Source: Actinomycetota bacterium
GTDB lineage: Bacteria > Actinomycetota > Acidimicrobiia > IMCC26256 > PALSA-610
DNA: 35,678 bases
Reading direction: 5' to 3'
Assembly (NCBI GenBank): GCA_046727335.1
Contig: JBKPCL010000036.1
Coordinates: 1 to 35,678 of the forward strand
The position numbers and the translations under genes were made by a program. The notes below the pieces were generated by a model. The model had not been told where the DNA came from and made no database searches. It worked only from the letters and a program-made list of their open reading frames with translations. This document shows positions 14,809 through 22,727 of the stretch, piece by piece; within the stretch, counting starts at the first letter, position 1, and each line of letters opens with the position of its first letter.

Positions 14809-16638
14809 TTGAGGCCGATTCACAAAGTTGCGGCCGCGTTCACAGCGTTGAGCGTCGTCGTTCTCGGAGCCGGCACTGCAGTGTCGCATGTTGCCGGAGC
14901 GTCACCGACCGCGAATGACACGGCGACACCGATCAAGCACCTCGTCGTGATCTTCCAGGAGAACGTCTCGTTCGACCACTACTTCGGGACGTATCCACTT
15001 GCGGCCAACACGTCCGGCGAGGCTTTCCACCCACGCGCGACAACCCCGACAGTGAACAAGCTCGCCGACAACCCTGGCGTCGGTGGTACCGGAACGCTGC
15101 TCACGAACAATCCGAACCGTGACAGCGGAGGCAATCAGGTCAACCCTCGCCGCTTGGACCCCGCGAACATCAACGACGTCCTGACGTGCAGCCAGGACCA
15201 CGCGTACAACGACGAGCAGAAGGCGTTCGACGGCGGCGCGATGGACAAGTTCGTCACGTCGGTCGGTACTGCGACCGGTCAGAGCGGCACCGGCCAGTCG
15301 TGCGCAGCATCAGACGTCATGAACTACTACGACGGCAACACCGTCACGGGCTACTGGAACTACGCGCAGCACTTCGCGATGAGTGACAACTCGTTCGGTA
15401 CGACGTTCGGCCCGTCGTCGCCAGGTGCGGTGAACCTGATTTCCGGCAACACGGGCGGCGTCGGACTCATGATCAACGGCGCCGACACCAACGGCGACAC
15501 GGTCAGCGACGGCCAAGGCGGCCATTCGCTGATCGAGGACGCCCAGCCGTACTACGACGACTGCTCGACTCGCGACGCGGTCACCTTGACGGGCCAGAAC
15601 ATCGGCGACCTGCTCAACACCGCCGGCCTCAGTTGGGGCTGGTTCCAGGGCGGGAACCGGCCGACGACGTCGTTCGCGACGGCCGCGCCCGGCCAACCGA
15701 CGAGCACGTTCATTCCCGATCAGTTCAAGGGAAAGTTCGCCGGCAAGCCCGCGTCCGACCAAGGACTGTGCAACGCGGTGCATCCGGTCGGGGCTGCGAT
15801 CGGTGGCACCGGAGGGCTCGTCGCGGGTGGAACCAACTACGGGAACAAGGACGACTACATCCCGCATCACGAGCCGTTCAACTACTACGCCTCGACGGCC
15901 AACCCGCACCACCTGGCTCCGACATCGCTCTCCGCGGTCGGCACCGATACGCAGACGATCACGGGTGGTGTCCCGCAGTTCGACACCGCGAACCATCAGT
16001 ACGACATGAGCGACTTCGATGCACTCGTCGGAGCCATCACGCGCGGCTATCTGTCACCCGATCACCTTCCTGCGGTCAGCTTCTTGAAGGCACCGGGGTA
16101 CGAGGACGGACACGCCGGGTACTCCGACCCCTACGACGAGCAGCAGTTCGTGGTCAAAGAGATCAACGCCCTCGAGCAGACGCCTGACTGGAGCAGTACT
16201 GCCGTCGTCATCGCGTACGACGACTCGGACGGCTGGTACGACCATGCCTTCAGCGGCGTGCACAACCCCTCGAACACGGCGTCCGTGGCGACGCCACCCG
16301 GCCCCCAGGACTTCTTGAACGGAACGGGCTTGTGCGGTGACACGACGACCAACGCGCCTCTCGCCGGACAGAACGGTCGTTGCGGTTATGGACCGCGGCT
16401 TCCGCTCATCGTCGTCTCACCGTGGGCGAAGCAGAACTTCGTCGACCACACCCAGAGCGATCAATCGTCGATCCTGAAGTTCGCCGAGGACAACTGGCAT
16501 CTCCCCGCGATCAGCGGCTCGTTCGACGGCATCGCCGGGCCCCTTGACAATCTGTTCAACTTCCGCGGCCAGCACTCCGGCCGCGCGGTGTTCCTGGATC
16601 CCGCGACCGGCCGGCCGTACCCCGGTAGCGGCAGTTAG
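14809..16638 (+). CDS. Secreted phosphoesterase-family protein (phospholipase C / AcpA acid phosphatase family)
   Basis: IKHLVVIFQENVSFDHYFGTYP, IPHHEPFNYY and GYGPRLPLIVVSPWAK are hallmarks of this family. Preferred start is the in-frame TTG at 14809, preceded by GAAGGGAG with a 7-nt spacer. It gives the signal peptide LRPIHKVAAAFTALSVVVLGAGTAVSHVAGA. The ORF is open from 14683. No twin-arginine motif. Confidence 0.85.
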   Translation: MRPIHKVAAAFTALSVVVLGAGTAVSHVAGASPTANDTATPIKHLVVIFQENVSFDHYFGTYPLAANTSGEAFHPRATTPTVNKLADNPGVGGTGTLLTNNPNRDSGGNQVNPRRLDPANINDVLTCSQDHAYNDEQKAFDGGAMDKFVTSVGTATGQSGTGQSCAASDVMNYYDGNTVTGYWNYAQHFAMSDNSFGTTFGPSSPGAVNLISGNTGGVGLMINGADTNGDTVSDGQGGHSLIEDAQPYYDDCSTRDAVTLTGQNIGDLLNTAGLSWGWFQGGNRPTTSFATAAPGQPTSTFIPDQFKGKFAGKPASDQGLCNAVHPVGAAIGGTGGLVAGGTNYGNKDDYIPHHEPFNYYASTANPHHLAPTSLSAVGTDTQTITGGVPQFDTANHQYDMSDFDALVGAITRGYLSPDHLPAVSFLKAPGYEDGHAGYSDPYDEQQFVVKEINALEQTPDWSSTAVVIAYDDSDGWYDHAFSGVHNPSNTASVATPPGPQDFLNGTGLCGDTTTNAPLAGQNGRCGYGPRLPLIVVSPWAKQNFVDHTQSDQSSILKFAEDNWHLPAISGSFDGIAGPLDNLFNFRGQHSGRAVFLDPATGRPYPGSGS

Positions 16639-16657
16639 CAAGACCAGCCGATAGCGA

Positions 16658-16702
16658 GCGCGCGGCGATCGCTCTCCCACGAAGAGAGGGATCGCCGCGC
16701 GC
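16658..16702 (+). terminator. Strong GC-rich hairpin 20 nt after the phosphoesterase stop
   Basis: A 19-nt arm GCGCGCGGCGATCGCTCTC (16658-16676) pairs with GAGAGGGATCGCCGCGCGC (16684-16702). One mismatch, 7-nt loop. It is followed by AAATTCCTT, so there is no clean U-tract. Confidence 0.6.
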
Positions 16703-16892
16703 AAATTCCTTCGCGCGACGTGTCGCAATCCGCGTCCCTCGTTCGTCGTACACATGCCGAAAAGAGAAGGGAGCGCGCATGCACTCGCCGATCGCGACCG
16801 CGGGGCGAACCCTGAGGCGGCTCGGGGGAAAACCGGACTGTCGTTGTCACACGCGCGGCGTATGTTGCGTGCACGCTCCACGCGCGACACGC

Positions 16893-16906
16893 GTGACACA
16901 TGTCAC
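16893..16906. promoter_or_regulatory. Perfect inverted repeat GTGACA-CA-TGTCAC in the MMPL leader (candidate operator)
   Basis: Read directly from the sequence. An extra TGTCAC half-site lies at 16845-16850. The repeat sits about 120 nt upstream of the MMPL start. Confidence 0.3.
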
Positions 16907-17023
16907 TACACCGGGCGCTTGGGATTTCGGTGAAATCGCGGGGAGTTGCAAGTCGTCATCATTGCTCGTCGACTCCGGCGAGCGCACCGTCACTTTCGTC
17001 CTCACCCCCCGGAGGGACGTCAA

Positions 17024-19156
17024 ATGTTGACCAGGATCGCCCGCACCTCGTATCGCCACCGCCGCGCCGTCGTCGCGATCTGGCTCGTGGCCTTCGCGCT
17101 TGCCATCGTGGGCGGATCCGCGCTCGCCGGCGAGAAGGCGACGTCCGGCCGGCTGCCCAATACTGATTCGCAGCGCGCGTACGACCAGCTCGCTCGCGAC
17201 TTCCCGCAGCGTCACGGCGACGAAGGACAGATCGTGTTCGCCGACGTTCGCCAGGACCGTCCGGCGATCGACGCGTACCTGGCGAAGGTTGCGACGACGT
17301 CGGGCGTGATCGAGGTCCAACCACTCCGAATCTCGGAGGCGGGATCGGTCGCGGTCGCGCCGATCACGACCGCGAGCGGATCGGGCTCGCATCCCAAGGC
17401 GACCGCCGATCACATCAAGGAACTCGCGAAACCGCTGGAGCGAGCGGGTGTCGACGTCCAGTTCAGCGGGAACTGGTTCGGTGACACGAGCATGCCCGCG
17501 AGTGAGATCGTTGGGGTGCTCGCCGCAATCGTCGTGCTGCTCATTGCTTTCGGCTCGCTGATCGCGATGGGCCTTCCTATCCTCACCGCGCTGATCGGTA
17601 TCGGCATCTCACTTGCCGGCGTCGGGATCATTGCAAACGTGTTCACGACTCCGGACTTCGCGCCGCAAGTCGCAGCGATGATCGGCATCGGTGTCGGGAT
17701 CGACTACGCACTCTTCATCGTGACCCGTTACCGGAACGCGCTCCATCGCACCGGCTCTCCGGAGGCGGCCGTGATCGAGGCGATGAACACCTCGGGCCGC
17801 GCCGTCGTGTTCGCCGGCTTCACCGTGATGGTCTCGGTCCTCGGCATCTTCCTCATGGGTCTGCCGTTCCTGCACGGGCTGGCGGTCGGCATCTCGCTCG
17901 CCGTCGTGATCGCAATGCTCGCCGCGATCACGCTGCTGCCGGCCCTGCTCGGGTTCGTGGGCTTCACCATCGACCGGTTCCGCGTCGGCCGGCGCACGGT
18001 CAGCGGGCGGGAGACCATGTGGCATCGCTGGGCTCGCACGGTCCAGCGGCGCCCCGTCCCGATCGCGCTCGCCGGGTTTGCGGTGCTCGTGGTGCTCGCG
18101 CTGCCGACGCTCGGCCTGCACTTGGGCAACGCCGACGCGAGCAACGACCCCAAGGGCAGCACGACGCACCGCGCCTACGACCTGATCGCCGACGGCTTCG
18201 GCCCGGGCGCGAACGGTCCGATCATGGTCGTCGCGGACACGTCGACTCCGGGCTCGGCGCAGTCGCTGCCGCGATTGGTCAGCGCGCTGCGGGCGACCCC
18301 GGGCGTGGCGTCCGTCACGGACGCGCGTCCCAACGCTTCGCGGTCCGCGGCACTGGCGACGCTTTATCCGACCACCGAGCCGCAAGCGCGGGCGACGGAG
18401 CATCTCGTCCACCGGCTCCGTGACCACGTCATCCCGGCGGCGACCGCCAACACCGGATTGCAGGTGCATGTCGGCGGACAGACAGCGAGCTCCGTCGACT
18501 TCGCCGACGTGATCGGACGGCGTCTGCCGATCTTCATCGGTGCGGTGCTCGCGCTCAGCTTCCTGCTGTTGCTGGCGGTGTTCCGCTCGCTGCTCGTGCC
18601 GCTCAAGGCAGTGCTGATGAACCTGCTGTCGATTGGTGCGGCGTACGGCATCATCGTCGCGGCGTTCCAGTGGGGCTGGGGCTCGAGTCTGCTCGGCGTG
18701 AGCGCCGCGCCGATCGAGCCGTGGGTCCCGATGATGCTGTTCGCGATCGTGTTCGGGCTCTCGATGGACTATGAGGTGTTCCTGCTGAGCGCCGTGAGGG
18801 AGCACTACGACGAGACGCACGACAACGGCACGGCGGTGGCCGAAGGCTTGGCGAGCACGGCTCGGGTCATCACTGCGGCGGCGTTGATCATGGTGTTCGT
18901 CTTCGGCAGCTTCGTGGTGTCCGACGTGCGCGCCCTGAAGCTGATCGGCCTCGGCCTGGCCGTGGCCGTCGCGATCGACGCGTCGATCGTGCGCGTCGTG
19001 CTCGTCCCAGCGACGATGGAACTCTTGGGTGACGCGAACTGGTGGCTGCCGAAGTGGCTCCAACGTGCGGTTCCGCGACTCCGCGTCGAGGATCGCTCGA
19101 TCGAAGCCGAACTCGAGCGCCTCCGGGAGGACGAGCTCACGAGTGCGGATCGCTGA
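17024..19156 (+). CDS. MMPL-family (RND superfamily) membrane transporter, full length
   Basis: Start is the ATG at 17024 with a GGAGGGA RBS at 17011-17017. There are two 6-TM bundles with GIDYALFIVTRYR and GLSMDYEVFLLSAVRE motifs. The C-terminus is PATMELLGDANWWLPKWL. Confidence 0.9.
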   Translation: MLTRIARTSYRHRRAVVAIWLVAFALAIVGGSALAGEKATSGRLPNTDSQRAYDQLARDFPQRHGDEGQIVFADVRQDRPAIDAYLAKVATTSGVIEVQPLRISEAGSVAVAPITTASGSGSHPKATADHIKELAKPLERAGVDVQFSGNWFGDTSMPASEIVGVLAAIVVLLIAFGSLIAMGLPILTALIGIGISLAGVGIIANVFTTPDFAPQVAAMIGIGVGIDYALFIVTRYRNALHRTGSPEAAVIEAMNTSGRAVVFAGFTVMVSVLGIFLMGLPFLHGLAVGISLAVVIAMLAAITLLPALLGFVGFTIDRFRVGRRTVSGRETMWHRWARTVQRRPVPIALAGFAVLVVLALPTLGLHLGNADASNDPKGSTTHRAYDLIADGFGPGANGPIMVVADTSTPGSAQSLPRLVSALRATPGVASVTDARPNASRSAALATLYPTTEPQARATEHLVHRLRDHVIPAATANTGLQVHVGGQTASSVDFADVIGRRLPIFIGAVLALSFLLLLAVFRSLLVPLKAVLMNLLSIGAAYGIIVAAFQWGWGSSLLGVSAAPIEPWVPMMLFAIVFGLSMDYEVFLLSAVREHYDETHDNGTAVAEGLASTARVITAAALIMVFVFGSFVVSDVRALKLIGLGLAVAVAIDASIVRVVLVPATMELLGDANWWLPKWLQRAVPRLRVEDRSIEAELERLREDELTSADR

Positions 19157-19177
19157 CCGGCGAGACACGGCACAGAT

Positions 19178-19216
19178 GCGAGGCCCGGTGGACAACCACC
19201 GGGCCTCGCTTGACTT
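19178..19216 (+). terminator. Intrinsic terminator downstream of the MMPL gene
   Basis: Perfect 14-bp stem GCGAGGCCCGGTGG / CCACCGGGCCTCGC with loop ACAA, followed by TTGACTTTTCC. Confidence 0.75.
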
Positions 19217-19276
19217 TTCCAGCTAGGAACCTCTAAGTGAGCTGCGATCGTCGCCATCGCTGATTGGGACCGTGTT

Positions 19277-20161
19277 GTGACCACGCAGTTCGCCGCCCAC
19301 GTTGTGGATGGCATCGACCCGGCGCAGGTCGACCGCGATGACGCGGCCTCTGCCTCGGTGCGACAGTTGCTCGTCGAGCATGCTGTTCTCTGTATCCGTC
19401 TCGACCGCGCGCTCAGCGACGATGAGTTGCGATCGGTCGTCGAAATGTTCGGACCGATCAAGGAACCGGTCGGCCGAGATCGCGACGGAACACCACTTCG
19501 TTACGGCGAACCGCGTCAGGTCATCGATTCCGGATTCGTGATGACCGACGAGCTGCGTGAGCAGTTCAGCGGGTCGCTTGGTGGTGACGCGGTTCGCCCC
19601 GGGTTGTTCGAGTTCTTCCACACCGACGACTCCTATACCGAGCAGCCCGCCGCCTGCACGGTCCTGCACGCCCGCGCGCTTCCGGAAAGTGGGGGTGGAG
19701 CGACGTCGTTCCTCGACATGCGAGCGGCCTATCGCCTGCTCGATGAGGGCATGCGCGAGGAGTTGCTTGGACTCGTCGCGATCCACTCGTACAACAATCA
19801 CTCGGCATTTCCGCCTCGAGCGTCGGCATCCGGCCCGCTGGAGGCGCTCGTCGATGTTGCGCATCCGATCGTGCGCGCTCATCCCGCTTCCGGCGAGCCG
19901 GCGCTCTATTTCGACCTCGACCGCGCGACTCGCATCGAAGGGCTGCCGATCGAGGAAGGCCGGGCACTGCTGCGCTCGCTGCAGGAGCATGCGGAGTTGC
20001 GCGCGCCGCGCTACGCGCACGAGTGGCGCCGACACGACGTGCTCGTGTGGGACAACGCGTCAGTACAGCACAAGGCCGGCGGCGACTTTCCGGTCGGTGA
20101 GCAGCGTCGGTTCTGGCGCTACATGGTCGAAGGACAGACACCGACGGCCTTCGCGCCGTAA
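19277..20161 (+). CDS. TauD/TfdA-family Fe(II)/2-oxoglutarate-dependent dioxygenase
   Basis: FHTDDSY (His-x-Asp facial triad) and VLVWDNASVQHKA (distal His region). Length is 294 aa. GTG start. Confidence 0.85.
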   Translation: MTTQFAAHVVDGIDPAQVDRDDAASASVRQLLVEHAVLCIRLDRALSDDELRSVVEMFGPIKEPVGRDRDGTPLRYGEPRQVIDSGFVMTDELREQFSGSLGGDAVRPGLFEFFHTDDSYTEQPAACTVLHARALPESGGGATSFLDMRAAYRLLDEGMREELLGLVAIHSYNNHSAFPPRASASGPLEALVDVAHPIVRAHPASGEPALYFDLDRATRIEGLPIEEGRALLRSLQEHAELRAPRYAHEWRRHDVLVWDNASVQHKAGGDFPVGEQRRFWRYMVEGQTPTAFAP

Positions 20162-20664
20162 TGGAGCCCGAAGCCGCGACGCTGCTCGAGTTCCTCGACG
20201 CCCAGCGGGAAAGCGTCTTCGCGATCGTCGCCGGCTTGTCGGACGAAGCGCTGCGCCGAGCCGTGTTTCCATCGGGCTGGACCTGCCTGGGCCTCATCCA
20301 GCATCTCGCGCTCGACGACGAGCGGTACTGGTTCCGTCGGATCGCAGCGGGTGAAGCGATCGATCTTCCCTCAGACGAAGCCGACGGCTCGGCATGGATC
20401 GTCGACCGCGACGTTTCCGCGGAGGCCGTCTTCACCCTCTACCGCGACGAGATCGGACGCGCCAACGCGATCATCGGCGGCGTGCCGCTCGAGAGTCCGC
20501 CGCGGGGTCAGCATCTGCATTTCTCGTCGTCGTGGCCGGCTCCCGATGGCGTGGTTCCGAACCTGCGATGGATTGTCGTGCACATGATCGAGGAGACGGC
20601 CCGCCACGCCGGACATCTCGACGCCGCGCGAGAACTCTTGGACGGCCGTACGGGTTTGGGCTGA
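20161..20664 (+). CDS. DinB-superfamily protein (DUF664 / mycothiol-transferase-like four-helix bundle)
   Basis: TAATG 1-nt overlap with the dioxygenase stop. The C-terminal sequence VHMIEETARHAGHLDAARELLDG is typical of DUF664/DinB proteins. Confidence 0.75.
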   Translation: MEPEAATLLEFLDAQRESVFAIVAGLSDEALRRAVFPSGWTCLGLIQHLALDDERYWFRRIAAGEAIDLPSDEADGSAWIVDRDVSAEAVFTLYRDEIGRANAIIGGVPLESPPRGQHLHFSSSWPAPDGVVPNLRWIVVHMIEETARHAGHLDAARELLDGRTGLG

Positions 20665-20696
20665 AACGCAGGAACTGCCGTCGTGAGCCAAGTGGC

Positions 20697-21452
20697 TCAC
20701 ACTCCGGGAAAGACGCGTCGCAGTTCGTCGAGCTCGACGTTCCCCGCGACCGGTGGCGTGTGGGCGGGATCCAAACGTCCGTAGACGAGGCGGATGAGCG
20801 CCTCGGCGGGAAGCTCCAGGTCGGGCGGGTGCGACTCCGCGCAAGGCTCGAGGGACACGCCTTCGGGCCCCATCGACAGTGTGAAGTCGCGGGCCGGCTC
20901 GGTCGTGCGGATGTGAACGTCGCGCGGCGAAGCCGGCGGCTTTCCCGCGAATCGAGCGATCAACCCGAGGTTGTCGAGGACGAAGCCCGTGACGTCGGGC
21001 GGAATCGTCGCGGTCGGCGTCAGCGCAACTTCGACGTCCCACGTATGCAGCGCGTGCTCGTTGAGGCGGAGGCCGACGAATCGGTCGAAGTCGAGCGGGA
21101 GCGGTCCGAGCGACAGGTGAAGCGCGTTCCGTTGCTCCGGACTCAACGACACGAGGCGATCGACGAGCGCGCGGTCGGCCTGCACACCGTCAGTTGTCTT
21201 GGCTCTCGGGGACTTTGCGTTCCACACGTCCCACACTCGCGGCGCGACGTCGTCCGGAAGGTCGCGGTCCGCGAGCGCCGCATCGAGGCGCAGGGTGTGG
21301 ATCTCGGCGCCGGAACCAAGATGCGACACGACGTCGGCGATGCTCCATTCCGTCGGATACGCGCCCAGGCTTAGTTGATCATCGGTGAGCGGCTCGACGA
21401 TGGCGCGCAAGCGCGCCACGGACCCTTGGAGTGCGTCGAGCCGATCGGTCAT
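20697..21452 (-). CDS. Mycothiol-dependent maleylpyruvate-isomerase-family (MDMPI/DinB fold, TIGR03083-like) protein with a C-terminal MDMPI_C-like domain
   Basis: Preferred start is the ATG at 21452 (MTDRLDALQGSVARLRAIVEPLTDDQL...WSIADVVSHLGSG). The 103-codon upstream extension to 21761 is Ser/Arg/Thr-rich and overlaps the MarR gene. Confidence 0.8.
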   Translation of the reverse strand: MTDRLDALQGSVARLRAIVEPLTDDQLSLGAYPTEWSIADVVSHLGSGAEIHTLRLDAALADRDLPDDVAPRVWDVWNAKSPRAKTTDGVQADRALVDRLVSLSPEQRNALHLSLGPLPLDFDRFVGLRLNEHALHTWDVEVALTPTATIPPDVTGFVLDNLGLIARFAGKPPASPRDVHIRTTEPARDFTLSMGPEGVSLEPCAESHPPDLELPAEALIRLVYGRLDPAHTPPVAGNVELDELRRVFPGV

Positions 21453-21459
21453 CGTGTCC

Positions 21460-21993
21460 TCAATAGCATGTGGGCGCACAGGTGTCGGTGACGCGGTGGT
21501 CGTCGTCGGCGGCGAGGTACGCCTCGAGCGCGGCGCGGACGACGTCGAGGTTGTCCGGGCCCACCTGCGTCGCCCACTCGTCTTCCAGCTCCTTCCACCG
21601 TCGCTGCCCGTCTGCGAGCTTGGCGGCTCCCGCGTCGGTGAGGAGAAGTACGCGCGCGCGGCCGTCCCTCGGATGCGGTGCCTTGCGGACGATTCCCGCC
21701 TGTTCGAGGATCGCGACAACTTCCGAGGTCGACTGCTTGGTGATTCCGAGGTAGCGGGCAAGCTCGACGGCCGTCACGTCATCGCGGCCGAGGAGATACC
21801 GGGCGGCCAATCCGTGTACGACCGTCATCGGCGACGACCCTCGGTCGGCACGCGCCGCGCGGAGCCGGTCCACCATCGCCTTGGCCGTGCGAATCACGAG
21901 AATCACGAGCTCATCGGCGTGGCCCGCGCTACGAGCTGTCCGCAGACCGCGCACTCCGGGGCTCGCTCCCTGACTCACTTCGGTGGTTCCCAC
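21460..21993 (-). CDS. MarR-family transcriptional regulator
   Basis: Winged-HTH region VELARYLGITKQSTSEVVAILEQAGIVRKAPHPRDGRARVLLLTDAG. The stop lies 8 nt upstream of the MDMPI start, so the two form an operon. It is divergent from the mini-MMPL/MFS operon. Confidence 0.85.
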   Translation of the reverse strand: MGTTEVSQGASPGVRGLRTARSAGHADELVILVIRTAKAMVDRLRAARADRGSSPMTVVHGLAARYLLGRDDVTAVELARYLGITKQSTSEVVAILEQAGIVRKAPHPRDGRARVLLLTDAGAAKLADGQRRWKELEDEWATQVGPDNLDVVRAALEAYLAADDDHRVTDTCAPTCY

Positions 21994-22000
21994 GGCACCC

Positions 22001-22010
22001 GACTATAGTC
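22001..22010. promoter_or_regulatory. Perfect 10-bp palindrome GACTATAGTC in the MarR / mini-MMPL divergent intergenic region (candidate MarR operator)
   Basis: Read directly from the sequence. It is the only AT-rich palindrome in the 71-bp intergenic region 21994-22064. Confidence 0.35.
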
Positions 22011-22064
22011 AGGCTCCCTTACTAGGTGAGCCCGCCCGACCCAGTCCCCCCGGAGGTCGTCTTC

Positions 22065-22727
22065 ATGTCGCTGCGCGGGCTCGCCCGCTTGTGTTATCGG
22101 CGGCGGCGCGTCGTCGTGGCCGCGTGGTTGGTCGTACTCGTCGGCATCGTCGCCTTGTCCTCGGTGATCGGCACGAACTTCACGACGAACTTCAGCGCGC
22201 CCAACACCGAGTCGACGCGCGCATCAAACCTCCTCCGTGCCGACTTCAAGGCTCAGTCCGGTGACGTCGTGCAGGTGGCGCTCAAAGGCACGCCTTCGAT
22301 ACGGCGCACGGATGTGCGCGCCCAAGTGGAGGCCTTCACCGCCGCCTTCGCTGGGGTGCGCCACGTCACGAACGTGAGCGACCCGTACGTGACACCGGGC
22401 GGGATCTCACGCTCGGGCGCCGCGGCCGCGATCATGTGCACGTTTTTCCTCTCGTTCGTGCTCGGCGACAACATCATCATCAAGCTTTTCGGTATCGGCT
22501 TCGCGAGCGCGATCTTCATCGACGCGACGCTGATCCGGCTCCTGATCGTCCCGTCCACGATGGAGCTGCTGGGTGACGCCAACTGGTGGCTGCCCGACTG
22601 GCTCGATCGGATCCTTCCCCACGTCGACGTCGAGGGTCCCGCAGCCGTGCCCGACGCCGGCCGGCGTTCGACTGACGAAGACGAGGGCGAGCGCGACCTC
22701 GCGCCGGTTGGCGGAGCCCCCGAATGA
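22065..22727 (+). CDS. MMPL-derived mini-protein: N-terminal ~120 aa and C-terminal ~75 aa of an MMPL transporter joined in frame (internal ~500-aa deletion); possible pseudogene
   Basis: Start is the ATG at 22065, with GGAGG 8 nt upstream. The N-part aligns with the MMPL at 17024 (PNTESTRA..L.ADF vs PNTDSQRA..LARDF). The C-part aligns with its last TM and tail (IDATLIRLLIVPSTMELLGDANWWLPDWL vs IDASIVRVVLVPATMELLGDANWWLPKWL). The junction is near 22405-22435. Confidence 0.6.
   Translation: MSLRGLARLCYRRRRVVVAAWLVVLVGIVALSSVIGTNFTTNFSAPNTESTRASNLLRADFKAQSGDVVQVALKGTPSIRRTDVRAQVEAFTAAFAGVRHVTNVSDPYVTPGGISRSGAAAAIMCTFFLSFVLGDNIIIKLFGIGFASAIFIDATLIRLLIVPSTMELLGDANWWLPDWLDRILPHVDVEGPAAVPDAGRRSTDEDEGERDLAPVGGAPE

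Noticed and set aside
17609-19195. 528-aa minus-strand ORF covering most of the MMPL gene
   Set aside because: It is antisense to a gene with unmistakable MMPL motifs. The product is extremely Arg/His/Asp/Glu-rich with no hydrophobic core.
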